DNA of 58,671 bases, taken from Perkinsus olseni. Lineage: Eukaryota. How positions within the stretch are numbered: the stretch's first letter is position 1; every line of letters starts with the position of its first letter. Of this stretch, positions 44,901 through 56,054 are shown piece after piece. Both the position numbers and the translations under genes were made by a program. The stretch spans positions 1 to 58,671 of the forward strand of contig JABANN010000164.1 of assembly GCA_013115125.1 (NCBI GenBank), read 5' to 3'. Below the pieces are notes generated by a model that worked only from the letters and a program-made list of their open reading frames with translations, was not told the origin of the DNA and searched no databases.

Positions 44901-46015
44901 TGTGTGGTGATGGTGGTAATGATTGTGGTGCTTTACGTGCTGCTCATGCTGCTATGGCATTATCCCAGGCTGAAGCCTCTATGGTATCACCCTTCAGTTC
45001 ATGTCGTGATGGCTGTAGTCTTATTACTGTTGTCGATCTCATACGTGAAGGTAGAGCATGTCTAGCCACCAATCTAGCCACCTACTCCTACTACATCGTC
45101 TATGCCTTCACCCTCACCCTCGGCCGCTTCGCGATAACCGCCATCGGCAACTTCAACGTCACCGAGTGGGTGCTCATTACCAGCGATATCGTCCTCAGCG
45201 TGGTGATGTCCTGGGCCATGACCCTGTCCGGTCCTGCCACCAAGCTGGCGCCCTATAGACCGACAGCGTCCCTGATCGGCTGGCGGACCACCCTGGCCTG
45301 CATGATACCGATCCTCATCTCCTACACCTGCCAGGCCCTAGCTCTACTTCTCCTCCGACTGCCAGCCAACGCTGATTGGTATTACTTCGTCAACACTCGC
45401 GACCTCAATGTGTTGCCTCGTGATTGGATGAAGAAAGGTGACAACTACGATGCCGCCGCCCTCAACCTGGCTCTCATGATAATGCTGGCAACTCACGCCC
45501 ACTCAGCTACTCACGGCGGGGCGTTTCGGAAGAGCATTCTCAAAAATTGGAGTATCAATCTTCTCTATGCCCTTTTCCTAGCCTCTATTTTCATTCTGTT
45601 GTGGACCCCGCCGACGACATTCTCCTGCATCTATCGTGTCAACTGTGATACGGGGGCGTCTATCGAAGCAGCAGGCGTCCCAGTCGTTAGTCAGTTCTCC
45701 GTCGGTAGCGTCGGTGGCTGCTTCCTAGGGCCGCAGATACATCGCTACCAGCTGCTAGGGTACCCTAGTTGGACCCCTTCGCCTGAGGAGGACTGCCGAC
45801 CGCCTGCCCTAGCATTGGACGAGCTACCTTGGGACAGCCCGGAGATCTCTACCCTAGGTTACGATGGTCCGAACAACGTATTCTCCATTCGCTATGCCAT
45901 ACACTTCACAGTAATGGTGGTTACTGCTATCATCATCACACAGGTGTGGGTCAAGGTGGGCCTTCTGGGGTGGGCTGCTGGCTGGATACGGATGAGGAAG
46001 GTGGTAAAGACCTGA
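41975..46015 (+). CDS. P5-type P-ATPase (ATP13A-like), about three exons
   Basis: NESMLTGEPLPVQK, phosphorylation motif FDKTGTIT, LAACH, KGSYE, CTGDNPLTA, YARMKPSDK, MCGDGGNDCGALRAAH, EASMVSPFSS and LIREGRACL, plus multiple TM helices. Introns at about 43275-43415 and 43539-43588. Confidence 0.93.
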
Positions 46016-46393
46016 GATAACGTCATCTTTATTATGTGATTCTTACTACATAGACTGTGCTATTCATTTCTCGGTCCGCTCGTTATGCCCCACAGGTCGC
46101 TGTGGCGCAGGACATGTCTCTCACTGGCTTCCGCCACGTGGTACCCATCGGGGGCCCTATTGAACAGCTTCATTATTTTCATCCTTGGTTATTCAAGGGC
46201 CATTTTCTGCGTCCGTGATCGATGCTATGTACGAATGCTCTCTTTCATGGACTGTTGAGTTTAGCAGGGCATCCCAGCGTGTTCCATCCACGACCTCATC
46301 ACGCAACAGACCCGGGGCCTGAGGCCCCAGTAGCGTAGGGGCTCACGCTGTGGCAACGGTGAATGATATAGGGTTCGTTTCCTCCCTCGGTCT

Positions 46394-46828
46394 ATGTCGT
46401 CGTCGATCCAAATTGATGAGCCTTTCGAGCTCGTCAAGCTTTCCCTGGACGAACGGATACAGGTCAAATGCCGCGGAGATCGGTACCTCAGGTAGTGATA
46501 ACAGGACGAGAACGTCGTAGCGGTATCTTGACGCCACTTTCAGAGGTCGCCTGGTGGCCTACGACTCCCACTTGAACATGGTCCTCAGTGAAGTTGAGGA
46601 AGTCATTGAGCCGCCAGTCAAAGAAGGAGTGAGTCTATCCTCTTGCATACGCCCCTGTTGTTGCTGATCGTCGTTGCTCTCAGGTCAAGCCTCCCAAGCC
46701 CATACGTCGCGAGTTGGATACCATCTTTGTAATAACGGGCTTCCGTGCATACAGCTCAGAGCTCACGGTTTCGGCAGGTCCGCGGCGACGGTATCATCCT
46801 GGTGAACCCTCCTCCGGCCAAGCGATAG
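46394..46828 (+). CDS. LSM3: U6 snRNA-associated Sm-like protein LSm3
   Basis: Spliced [72 protein letters not shown]. Confidence 0.93.
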
Positions 46829-47459
46829 GAATGCGATGCCGTCCCCGGTCACTCGAGTTATATTCCAACCCATTCGGCCTTTGTGTTTACCTCAATCTAA
46901 TAGGGGTGTGCTCGCTGAGGTCTGTCCTTGTTCCATCCCGCTCAGCATGCGAGGCCCGCACGCCGCAAGGGCCTGGTTGGGGAACGATCAGCAGCACTCG
47001 TCGTCGTGGAAGGCAAGGGAGAGCCTCGATACTAACGTGGTAGGCGTTCGGGGGCCCCCACCTTCATATTGGGATACTGTGAGTATCAGGCGAAATCTGA
47101 TCCGTATGCTGTATGCGCTCGTCGTAGAGTTATCGAGATACCCGACCGGAAGGGGGCCGAGGCAGCCGTGATCCCCAAGGGGGCGGAGCTTGCCGTTCGG
47201 TATTCGTCGGAAGAGAGGGAAGCCTCCGAATCTTATCGCAGTAGACTTCGGGAAGCACGGTGAGTCACGGGGATGTATAGGCGCAGGGCATGCCGGAGTG
47301 CTCAAGCAAGAGGCGGAGATCCCACCATATTCCTACCTTCCATCTAAACTCGAAACTAGCGATGATGGGAGCGACACAGCGATCCAACACTGGATTCGCT
47401 GTATTGCTACCGTTGCTCCCTGGCCAATGGTAACTCCCCAGTAATTGCTATTGTTATAA

Positions 47460-48443
47460 TAGCAGACACATCGGGCTCCACTCCGGCGTGGACTGGATCG
47501 GATCGATCCGGTCGTCTAGCCTTCTGGTAGACGCTCTCCCAGCGCCTCTGTGTGCGCCGTCAACTTCGAATTCCTGTGCGCAACACGCCTGTTGCTCAGG
47601 TTGCTATGGCTCGCTATAACTGGACGTAAGATTCATCCGTGCCACAGCGTGGCAGCCGCTTTCCTGGAACCAGTATTCAACGGTTACGATACCACCTCTG
47701 CCCATAAAATACAGATCCCTACCAACACTTCCGCAACTTCCACAACATTCCGGCCCTGGACCATCGACTGTAATGACGGTAGACTGTGTGTCTGCGAGGG
47801 CCACTCGGAGTACGCCTACATCGATCGGGCATGGGTGTCGTTCGCCGAAGGTATCCCGATCTGCAGCGCAGTCCTCGGCCACGGCTCGAGCCCCAGAGTA
47901 CTGAGCACTCATTTGGATGGGACCGTCCGAATCGACGGAGAATGCATATTCAACCTAGAGGTCACGGGCCAGTCCGTTGCGAGGTGGGTGGATGACACAC
48001 GGATAGCCGTAGTGACTTCCAAGGGAGGGAGGTGCTACCTCATCCGCAGCCCCTCAGGGGAGATCTTGGCCTATTGGGGCGGCTTCCTCTACCCTTGCGA
48101 TGTAGCAGTCGCTCAAGGAGGAGAGCTCCTCATTGCTGATACCCTCAATAGACGAGTGGTCGAGATTTGCCCGACCACCGACTTCCGACGTGTAGTCATC
48201 GAGGGTATCTATGCACGGGCGTTGTGCGTCAGCCAAGGGACAGGTCACGTGATGGTCTCGGATGGCCTTACAGGCTCTGTGCGTATCTTCTCGAGCGACT
48301 TCCATGAGCTCCATTCCTGGCGTATCCCCCTCCCCGACCCCTCGTCATCCGTCCGCGGTCTGGCCATAGCGGAGGGCTTGCACCTCTACGTGTGCGACAG
48401 CGCCTCCTCATGCGTTTGGAGGTTCACCCAAACGTGGCTTTAA
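47460..48443 (+). CDS. Beta-propeller protein with NHL-like repeats
   Basis: Long terminal exon with GFLYPCDVAVAQGGELLIADTLNRRVVEI, ALCVSQGTGHVMVSD and VRGLAIAEGLHLYVCDSASSCVWRF. 5' end uncertain. Confidence 0.65.
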
Positions 48444-48855
48444 CCCCCGCCCCTGTTTTTTGACTGTCAATCTAATAAGCATATTACAGTATATCTGTTA
48501 AGTATCCACTGCTGGTCATTCATTCAAACGTCTTGTTATAGTAATTTATGCTACCACACCGACCACAACCACCGCCCTCGCGGCTGCCTTAGTCGTGTAT
48601 CCTGGCCGCGGCGGGTGTCCTCTATATCGCTGTATATTAGGCATTGTCGTGGTCACTATGGCATTCTGTTGATGCTGATTGCTGACCGTGTAAATTCACG
48701 CACCGAAGAGCAACTGCTCGCATGCGCATTCGACCAGTGTGAACTCTTCCTTTGGCTTGAGTTCGCAGTCCCAGAATTGGTCATGCTTGCCCTCCCTCGC
48801 TTGAGGAAGTGAACGCCGCCGAGCTTATAGAGTGTCGTCCGTTGTACAGTTGCCA

Positions 48856-51559
48856 ATGTCATCCGACAAAAGCAGCTCCTCCGATGGAGACCCTGAGTTC
48901 ATGACCACCTTTACCGAAGTAGTAGGCAGCCGAATTGTATATTGATCAACTCCGATGAGGTGCCTGCAAGGGATCGTGATTTCACGCATTCACTTCCTGA
49001 CGCATCGTCATCGAGTAGAAATCTCGGACTGACTGCCGCTTGCAACGTCCAGGTTGATGCCGTACGAAGTCCAACCCCGTTGCGCACACCATCAACGCCT
49101 GAGTCCCTTCAAAACCGACCGTCAGTTGGACATCATCTGGTGGATGATACTGAGGAAGTCCGTATGGAGTCAGCTAACCTAGGCATCTCGCCAACTCCTG
49201 ACTGTGTCTTGGAGGAGGGTGAGATTTTGCTTCCTTTTCATCGGTGATTTGCCTCCCTCGCCCATTTCTGGAGGCTGCACAATGCCACCCAGAGAACATG
49301 AACGGACGATGGTCTCTAGTCAGAAGCGAGCAGCCTGTTCAGGAAGACAGCAAGAGCGATACACTCAACAGCGCCGAGGTATACCCGGGCCGAGGATCAT
49401 CCCGTCCGTGTCATCAGTACTTCGTAGGTATCCGAGCCATGGGCTGGGCCGCTCTCGTCTGCAGTAGATTCTACTAATAGGAGTCAATGTGCTACACCGT
49501 CGCTTGGGGGGGGGTGCCTCTCATCCCGCCAGATACGCCTCTGGCCACCTCGGAAGTTCAATGCGGGCGATGCGAGCACTATGGGTGAGATACTTCGTTG
49601 GACTACTCTCATTGGGCGCTACTTGTATCATTCTAAGTCCTCTCCTACAACCATTTACTGCCAAGGCCCGAGGAAAAGTCACCTATTCACTGAGTCACGC
49701 GTGTTGAGGGCGATCTTCCCCGCAGCTTCGAGTCTTCGGGGGAGCAGGCTGGGGAAGCTCTGGCTATTCGGACCGGGCCGTTTCCTTCATTCGGGGGGCT
49801 TCCATTGATATTGCATCCGAACTGACGTTTAAGTTGCTGCATCACCAACTGAGTTCCACTGTCCTACTTCGTCATCTCAGCACCATTCTTGAACAGGAAG
49901 ACCGGATACTGAGACTCACTGAGGAGAGAGATGACGCTCGGCGGTAGGGACAAGTCACTCAAGTTTCAAGCCAGATCTTCCCCTAACCACTTCTGGAGAT
50001 ATCGTCAGCCAGCGGAGCGCAGGCGCTTGGCGGCTTTGAAGAACACCAAGACTCGATTGGTTGATCGAGTGGCTTTCTTGACGGAACTTACGAACAGACT
50101 CCAACGCGAACTTGAGGAAGCTCGCGCCACCCTCACACGAAAAGCTATGAATGGCGCAGAGGTGCGGTGGTATTGATATCTAAGTCGTGGCCTTATGGCA
50201 GAGAGTGTAGGTGGTGGTACTACGAGAGCAGTTGGGGTTAGCACAGGAGGAGGCCCAGAAGGCACGGAAGGCCATCAAGCGTCTTCCCGCCGCCGAGGAG
50301 GAGTTAACGCTACTCCGTCATACATCCCGTGTGAGAAGACGGTGGCTCTTGTCGAATTGTGCTGGGTGGTGGTCCTCGGTGCGTCTCGACCATACAAGCA
50401 TTCAGGAGCTCCAAGAGGCACTAGCGAGCCGGTCTGAGGAGTGCTCACGTCTTCGTGCTGAGCTCTCGGTAGCAAAGAAGTGAGGCGCCGCTGCTATCCT
50501 TCTCGATGCTCACGTGCCGTAGAAAAACGTCCAAGATGGTGACCAGGAATGCTGAGCTCGAGGCTGCCCATGAGAAGAGCCGGGCGCTCGCCGAGGACCA
50601 GCGGTGAGGAGGTCTCGTGTGTTGACTCCGTGCACGGCATCCGCCCCTATTGGTCCGATTGGACGTCCTGCCAGGATGCTTCAAGAGAAGCTGGCTAACG
50701 CTTTAGCTGTTATACGACGAAGGGACGCTGATTGCCAAGCAATGAGGAAGATGGCTTCACGGAGTCAGGCCGCCATGCTACACTACACTGGGTGTGGATG
50801 CGCGAGGGACCGAGTCGGGCGATTGGTCTGTATCAGAGTAAGTCTATCTGCCCTGGGTGAGGCCAATGGAAGGGTTCAAGAAGTTAGCGGAAAAATCAAC
50901 GATGATAGGGTGCAAGTAGGATTCCCGAACGCGCCGGATCAGGCAAGTAATGGTAGAACATGGCCTTCCCAAATCTCAGGAAAGAACGCTACGGGATGGT
51001 ACTGCCCGCGAGCAGTTGTTTGATGCAGTAGTGGACTACTCACTGGCCAAAGTTGAGGTCGAGAAGTTACAAGAAGCCAAAGTACGGATGGCTGCACGAG
51101 GAGGATCGGGTGAGCAGCGTGGCGACCTCCGGGCTGCTGACGACGGCAATGCCGTTGTGTCGGTCCACTGTACCGTGTCTTAGACGGCAAATCGCTAGAC
51201 AACAACCTTCGAAGAGCCTTGGCGGAGTTTGAGGAGGCCGAAGGGGCGCTCAGCATGGCAGCGCTACGGGCTGATGGGGACGCGGTGGGTCCCGCGGCAT
51301 CACAATACTTGTCAGCACCCCGCTCAGATGCTATCGCTATCTCGATCACTGCTGGCGTCCCTGCTCGCCTCGAAGAAAGCTAGGGAGTGTCCACCTCGGG
51401 TGGTACAAACCATTCGGGCCACGGTGGCTAGAATGTAGCAAAACTCGCATGCACATCCTCCATCGTATAGGGGTTATCCGAATGCTCGTCCCTCCGACAG
51501 GTCCAAGGCCAGGCTGAATTCAGCAGCAGCTTCCACTACCATGCCATCAGCCCCTTGAT
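48856..51559 (+). CDS. Multi-exon coiled-coil hypothetical protein
   Basis: Ser-rich N-terminus (MSSDKSSSSDGD) followed by heptad-rich exons (LTELTNRLQRELEEARATL; IQELQEALASRSEECSRLRAEL; LQEKLANALAVIRRRD). Confidence 0.6.
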
Positions 51560-51649
51560 AATCACAGGTGTCGAATGCCTCAGCTTCCTCAACCTAGACG
51601 GGTTGAGTTAATCGGCGACTCGCTGACGGGTCCTGCCAGTTTCCATGTC

Positions 51650-52937
51650 ATGTTCCGCGTCGGCAGAGTCCTCCGGAAGCAAACACTACTGGGGAAGCAT
51701 CAACGACGGGTTCACGGTGCTTATGTAGGTCATCGAGGTGGACCGTGGTCTCCGGGATGATTGCCTGGGGTCAGGTGGAGTCCTCCTTCCATCATGGTGA
51801 TATCGATCCGTTGAAGCCGAAGTTCCAGTGGGTTGCAGAACCTTTCAAGCCAAAGTGAGGGTGGGAGGTCTACCCGTTGGGGTAGGCAATGCGGCTCAGG
51901 AATATGCCAACCATATCACCGGCTGCTCAACCCCATACGAGTCTGAGAGCCATCACACATGAGGACGAAGAGGGCAAGGGGCGGTAGGTTGTACTGTATT
52001 CTTACTGGAGCGGTTTACCCACTGCGCCCTTCCCCGAGTAGGTTCCATATTATCGATGCAGCTGGGCTGTCGATAGGGAGACTATCACAGTTCATAGTTC
52101 GTCTGCTTACAGTAACCAACGCCTGCTTGGAACCGGGCCTGAGGGCGTCATGGTTCCTCAGGGGAAGTACCGAGTGGACTATCGCTGCATGGATAATAAC
52201 CGGTCGGACAGCGTCATAGTTGTAAATGCAATACATGCTCGATTTGTTGGTCACACTTGGGACACCAAGATCTACCGGAGTTGGCGAACACGGAAGCGTG
52301 AGCTCTGCCTTCCCCGGCCATAGCACAATGCCTTGCATGCAGACGACCCTCTGGGGGCGAAGATCGTCACGGCCAAGCACTTGATGTTCCACAACCCTGC
52401 CCTGCCAGTGAGTGATAGGACTGATAGGAATCTATTTCATTCTCGTTTCTTCAGCTGAACTTGTGCATCAGAAGGATGCTACCAAGTACACTGGTGAGGA
52501 CCGTTATGACCCGAAGGCTTTATATTTATCCGGGTGCTATTCATCCTCACTGGGGCATACCACAAGTATTTGTCCGTCGCATCCGGCCCTGAGAGTTTAC
52601 CGCTGCAGGTTGTGGTTCCCCGGCCTACCCCTCCACCAGTTTCTGACCCCGTGTTCACTGTCACGAGGCCGTTGAATGACGTGAGTATCCGGCAGCATAG
52701 TCCATGGACTCGTTGGGACGGTTGCCGAGCTTGCTTCCTTCCTCAGACGTCAGCAACCGTGCGAGAACGCAGAACCGCAGGCACCCGAATGAGTAAGTCC
52801 ATTTCGAATGGAGAATAAACCATTTGTGGTTATCGCTGTACACAGGGCTCTTGCAAACAGCGCAGTCTAATCTTCGGAGGCAAGAGGCCACGTCCAAGCG
52901 CAAGGCAGATTTGAAGGCAGCGGCTGCACAAGCATAG
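51650..52937 (+). CDS. MRPL13: Organellar (probably mitochondrial) ribosomal protein uL13
   Basis: Arg-rich presequence-like [73 protein letters not shown] fits bacterial-type L13. Confidence 0.8.
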
Positions 52938-53393
52938 CGACTATAGCATGTCTCCTGTGGACGTTTCAGCCTTAATCTTCGGGTGATGTTGCGTTAAAAG
53001 AGTTGGTGCGAGAACGGAACTGCCCATGGAAAGCGATATGGTAGACCAATCCCTGAGGGTGTGAGCTTGCCCTCGTAAGTTAGATTCCAGCCGTTGAACG
53101 TTTCCCAATATTTAAACAAACACAACCATTGTTGTTGAGGATAGAAAGGAACAGTTAGACAGACGACGGTTTGGAGGGTAGGACCCTTCACAAAGGAATG
53201 GTAAACCTGGAACCCGGGCGTGGCGGAAAGGTGAAGTTGGAGTCTTTGATGGAGAGTCTCGATAGAGGCTAGGGTCAACTACAGCGGAAGTGATTCGGTC
53301 GGGCGAGCGAGAATGGTCTCACAGTGAGTGTTACGGGAGTTTAGAGGTCTCACACCAACAGGTTCATGGTGAGAGACAAGACATTTTTTTTTC

Positions 53394-53537
53394 TAGTGGG
53401 CTGGGTGACGGGACGGACCCGTGTGAAGTTCACACACTGTGAACCGGGTACCAGTTAGACGGGTTCCTGTCCCGTGACCGAGGCCTTAGGTGGGGACCTA
53501 AGTGCCTCAGGTCCTCTCCACACCACCCAGTCGACTA
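53394..53537 (+). other. Multi-hairpin structured element of unknown type
   Basis: Outer stem TAGTGGGCTGGGTG/CACCCAGTCGACTA; inner stems ACGGGACGGACCCGT/ACGGGTTCCTGTCCCGT, GTTCACA/TGTGAAC and GAGGCCTTAGGT/ACCTAAGTGCCTC. Confidence 0.5.
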
Positions 53538-54178
53538 AGTTTGGTAATATATAGAAAGGGGTTACACGTGAGGATCACTGGAGCCATAGTTGACGACACT
53601 CTCATCAGCCGTGCTGGGATCAAGACGGCTTGGACAGCGCAATCTTTTGCTGCAAAGTCTCAGCCCCTCTAGGAGGGCCGGGATGGGTAAAATTTAGTGG
53701 TTTGTCGTTAACTATTGATCGTGCTTTGCACTCCTTCCTGGTCTGGGACAACTTTGTGTCTAGTCTGGACAGCCGATTCCATTGCCCATCTCCGCGGGAT
53801 TTTGTTCTTCGCTAAACATCTAACTTTTGCTAGCAAGCTAACTGCGAACACTCATGGGGATTCCCTCGGATCCTGGGCCAGGATTCCTGGCGATTGCCAA
53901 TCGCACACCGTGAGAAGTGTGTTCGAACGAGGAGTATCGATATCGATTGTAACCTATCCAACTGCGGCTCTTGTGATGAGAAGAGAACAGAGTGGAGAGC
54001 AGGTTGTACATGCGCACACTGCCACGCGAATAGTCGGCTCCACACAAAACAGTATCGCGCTGAAACCGTGCTCGAATGGAGATTGATGAATCGCTAACTG
54101 ACAGTAGACACCGGCGATCCGAGAAACTAAGCATATTATCACTATCGGATGCATGACACATTAGTGCAACTTCGAGCC

Positions 54179-54906
54179 TGGAAGATGCTGGTGCATCATT
54201 ATCGCTGTCCCAATCCCCCGTAGCACACAATGTGTCTCTCCCGGGTGAAGGAAGCCTATGGCTAAGCTTAAGCTGCGAAGAAAGTCTACATTGATCAACT
54301 TAAACGAGGCTTTCTAAGGCATTCCCTTGCTATTATCCAGTGTGGTGTTGACTCAATTGGCAAATCACTAGCATGGTGCACCGTCCGGGAAAGACGAACG
54401 AATAGTGAGTTGTCCAGTTGAGTAGCACGATACACCGATGGATTAGTGGGAGGGCTGTCTGAACTGAGGTGATCTCAGTGAGAGCCGCGGATGCCCGTGA
54501 GAGGGTATGTGGTGACGATAGAACTTACTTTATCTCGTGACGAGTAGAGGAAGCGCTATTCCGATTTAGTTCGGGGCAACTCTCGTGACGAGGTTGCACC
54601 GTATGTGTGGCACGGCTGGTAAGGTTGGAAACTAGAGTGTTCTCTCCGAGGCGGACAAGTAAACCTCTGTACATTTGTGTACTACGGACGATTTCTCCAG
54701 CTGGGGCGGCATGGAAGATGCTGGTGCATCATTATCGCTGTCCCAATCCCCCGTAGCACACAATGTGTCTCTCCCGGGTGAAGGAAGCCTATGGCTAAGC
54801 TTAAGCTGCGAAGAAAGTCTACATTGATCAACTTAAACGAGGCTTTCTAAGGCATTCCCTTGCTATTATCCAGTGTGGTGTTGACTCAATTGGCAAATCA
54901 CTAGCA
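54179..54906 (+). mobile_element. TRIM (non-autonomous miniature LTR retrotransposon), 728 bp
   Basis: Two 195-bp direct repeats (54179-54373, 54712-54906), identical by eye, with TG..CA ends. PBS TGGTGCACCGTCCGGGAA directly follows the 5' LTR. 4-bp TSD AGCC on both sides; 338-bp non-coding interior. Confidence 0.93.
54374..54391 (+). promoter_or_regulatory. Primer-binding site complementary to a tRNA-Gly-like 3' end
   Basis: Reverse complement TTCCCGGACGGTGCACCA resembles eukaryotic tRNA-Gly(GCC) 3' ends including CCA. Confidence 0.8.
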
Positions 54907-55352
54907 AGCCGCTTCAGTGAGTCCAACTGGGATAAGGATGATAATGGGAACGCGCTCTTGCGTGATTGCCGAATCGATGCAAAGTACCCACAACAGCGGA
55001 GTGTCCATAATAGGCCGAGTGGAGTCGAAAGTCTTGACTCAAAACACACCCAACGGTTCTATAGCAGACGTACAGCTAGCAAAGTGTCGTGTCGGCTGTC
55101 GCTCGCCACGCAGTGCATTGTGATATTGTCTACTGCTAGGCTTAAGTGATCTATCATTCAGCTGTGGGTGATTCATCGAGAGTTGGTAATTGATTGAGAT
55201 TAACCTCTCCTATATCTGGGTATTGTGTTCCCTGGATTACACAAAGGCGCACGAAGTTAAGGGCTTATGGTACGCAGCAGCAATGAAAGTAGTTGTCACT
55301 ATAGTGCAGATTGTACCCTGCAGTCTGCGCGCATACGTTGCGCTCGATACTA

Positions 55353-55940
55353 CACCTTTTCCCGAGCAAGTAAAATGTTTTTTCGTTTGATTTAAAATCG
55401 ATTTTGATCCAAATTCGCTAGCTAAATCATTCTGCTACTACGACCCCCTTCCTGCAACTCGAACACATACTCTAAGCTCATGAAACACGGTAGAACACTA
55501 ATGCTCGTGAATCACGAGTCGTGATTCTTGCCAACGGTAACCATACTTCCAATGATTCGATCCGGCGGAAGTTCCTCCGAGAACGCTGCCACGCGTGACA
55601 TCATGTCACTGGCGTGATGTCATCATGCGCGCGACTAATTCGGCGACTACTGTAGAGCATTCAAAATTACATGGAAAGTGAGATTTAATATGCGTGACAC
55701 AAGTATTTTAAACTTGCTGAAGTATTTAAAGTGGATAAAAACTTTTTTAAAATGAAATCCGATTTTCCGTGCCCTTTTAAATAGAATGACACGGGTTAAA
55801 TCATATTTGCTCATAATATTAATTTGGGTGACAAAACGAATTTGGTTTGACAATTTTTTAATTCCAATGACACTCGCTAAATTGCTATCAAAATGGTTCA
55901 AACCGAGCGAAAAAACATTTTATTTCCTCGGGACAAGGTG
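55353..55940. mobile_element. Tc1/mariner-type MITE, 588 bp
   Basis: TA|CACC...GGTG|TA boundaries; TIRs match at 30 of the first 33 nt (CACCTTKTCCCGAGSAARTAAAATGTTTTTTCG) and more weakly to about 65 nt; AT-rich, no transposase. Confidence 0.85.
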
Positions 55941-56054
55941 TAGAGAATACTCTATACTATAGGGCCTATAGAGTTAGCGAAAGAGGCCCAGGCAGCTGCA
56001 CGCAGCTACTGTAGCTGAGCTACATATTGTGCCGCACGACTTGTGCGTTCGGCC

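Noticed and set aside
53580-53640. Minus-strand CTGATGA after a hairpin, possible hammerhead ribozyme
   Set aside because: No GAAA after a stem II and no NUH cleavage triplet at the required position.
55648-55959. Alternative 15-nt inverted repeat with TA flanks
   Set aside because: Only 12 of 15 match, and it conflicts with the much stronger TIR pair at 55353/55940.
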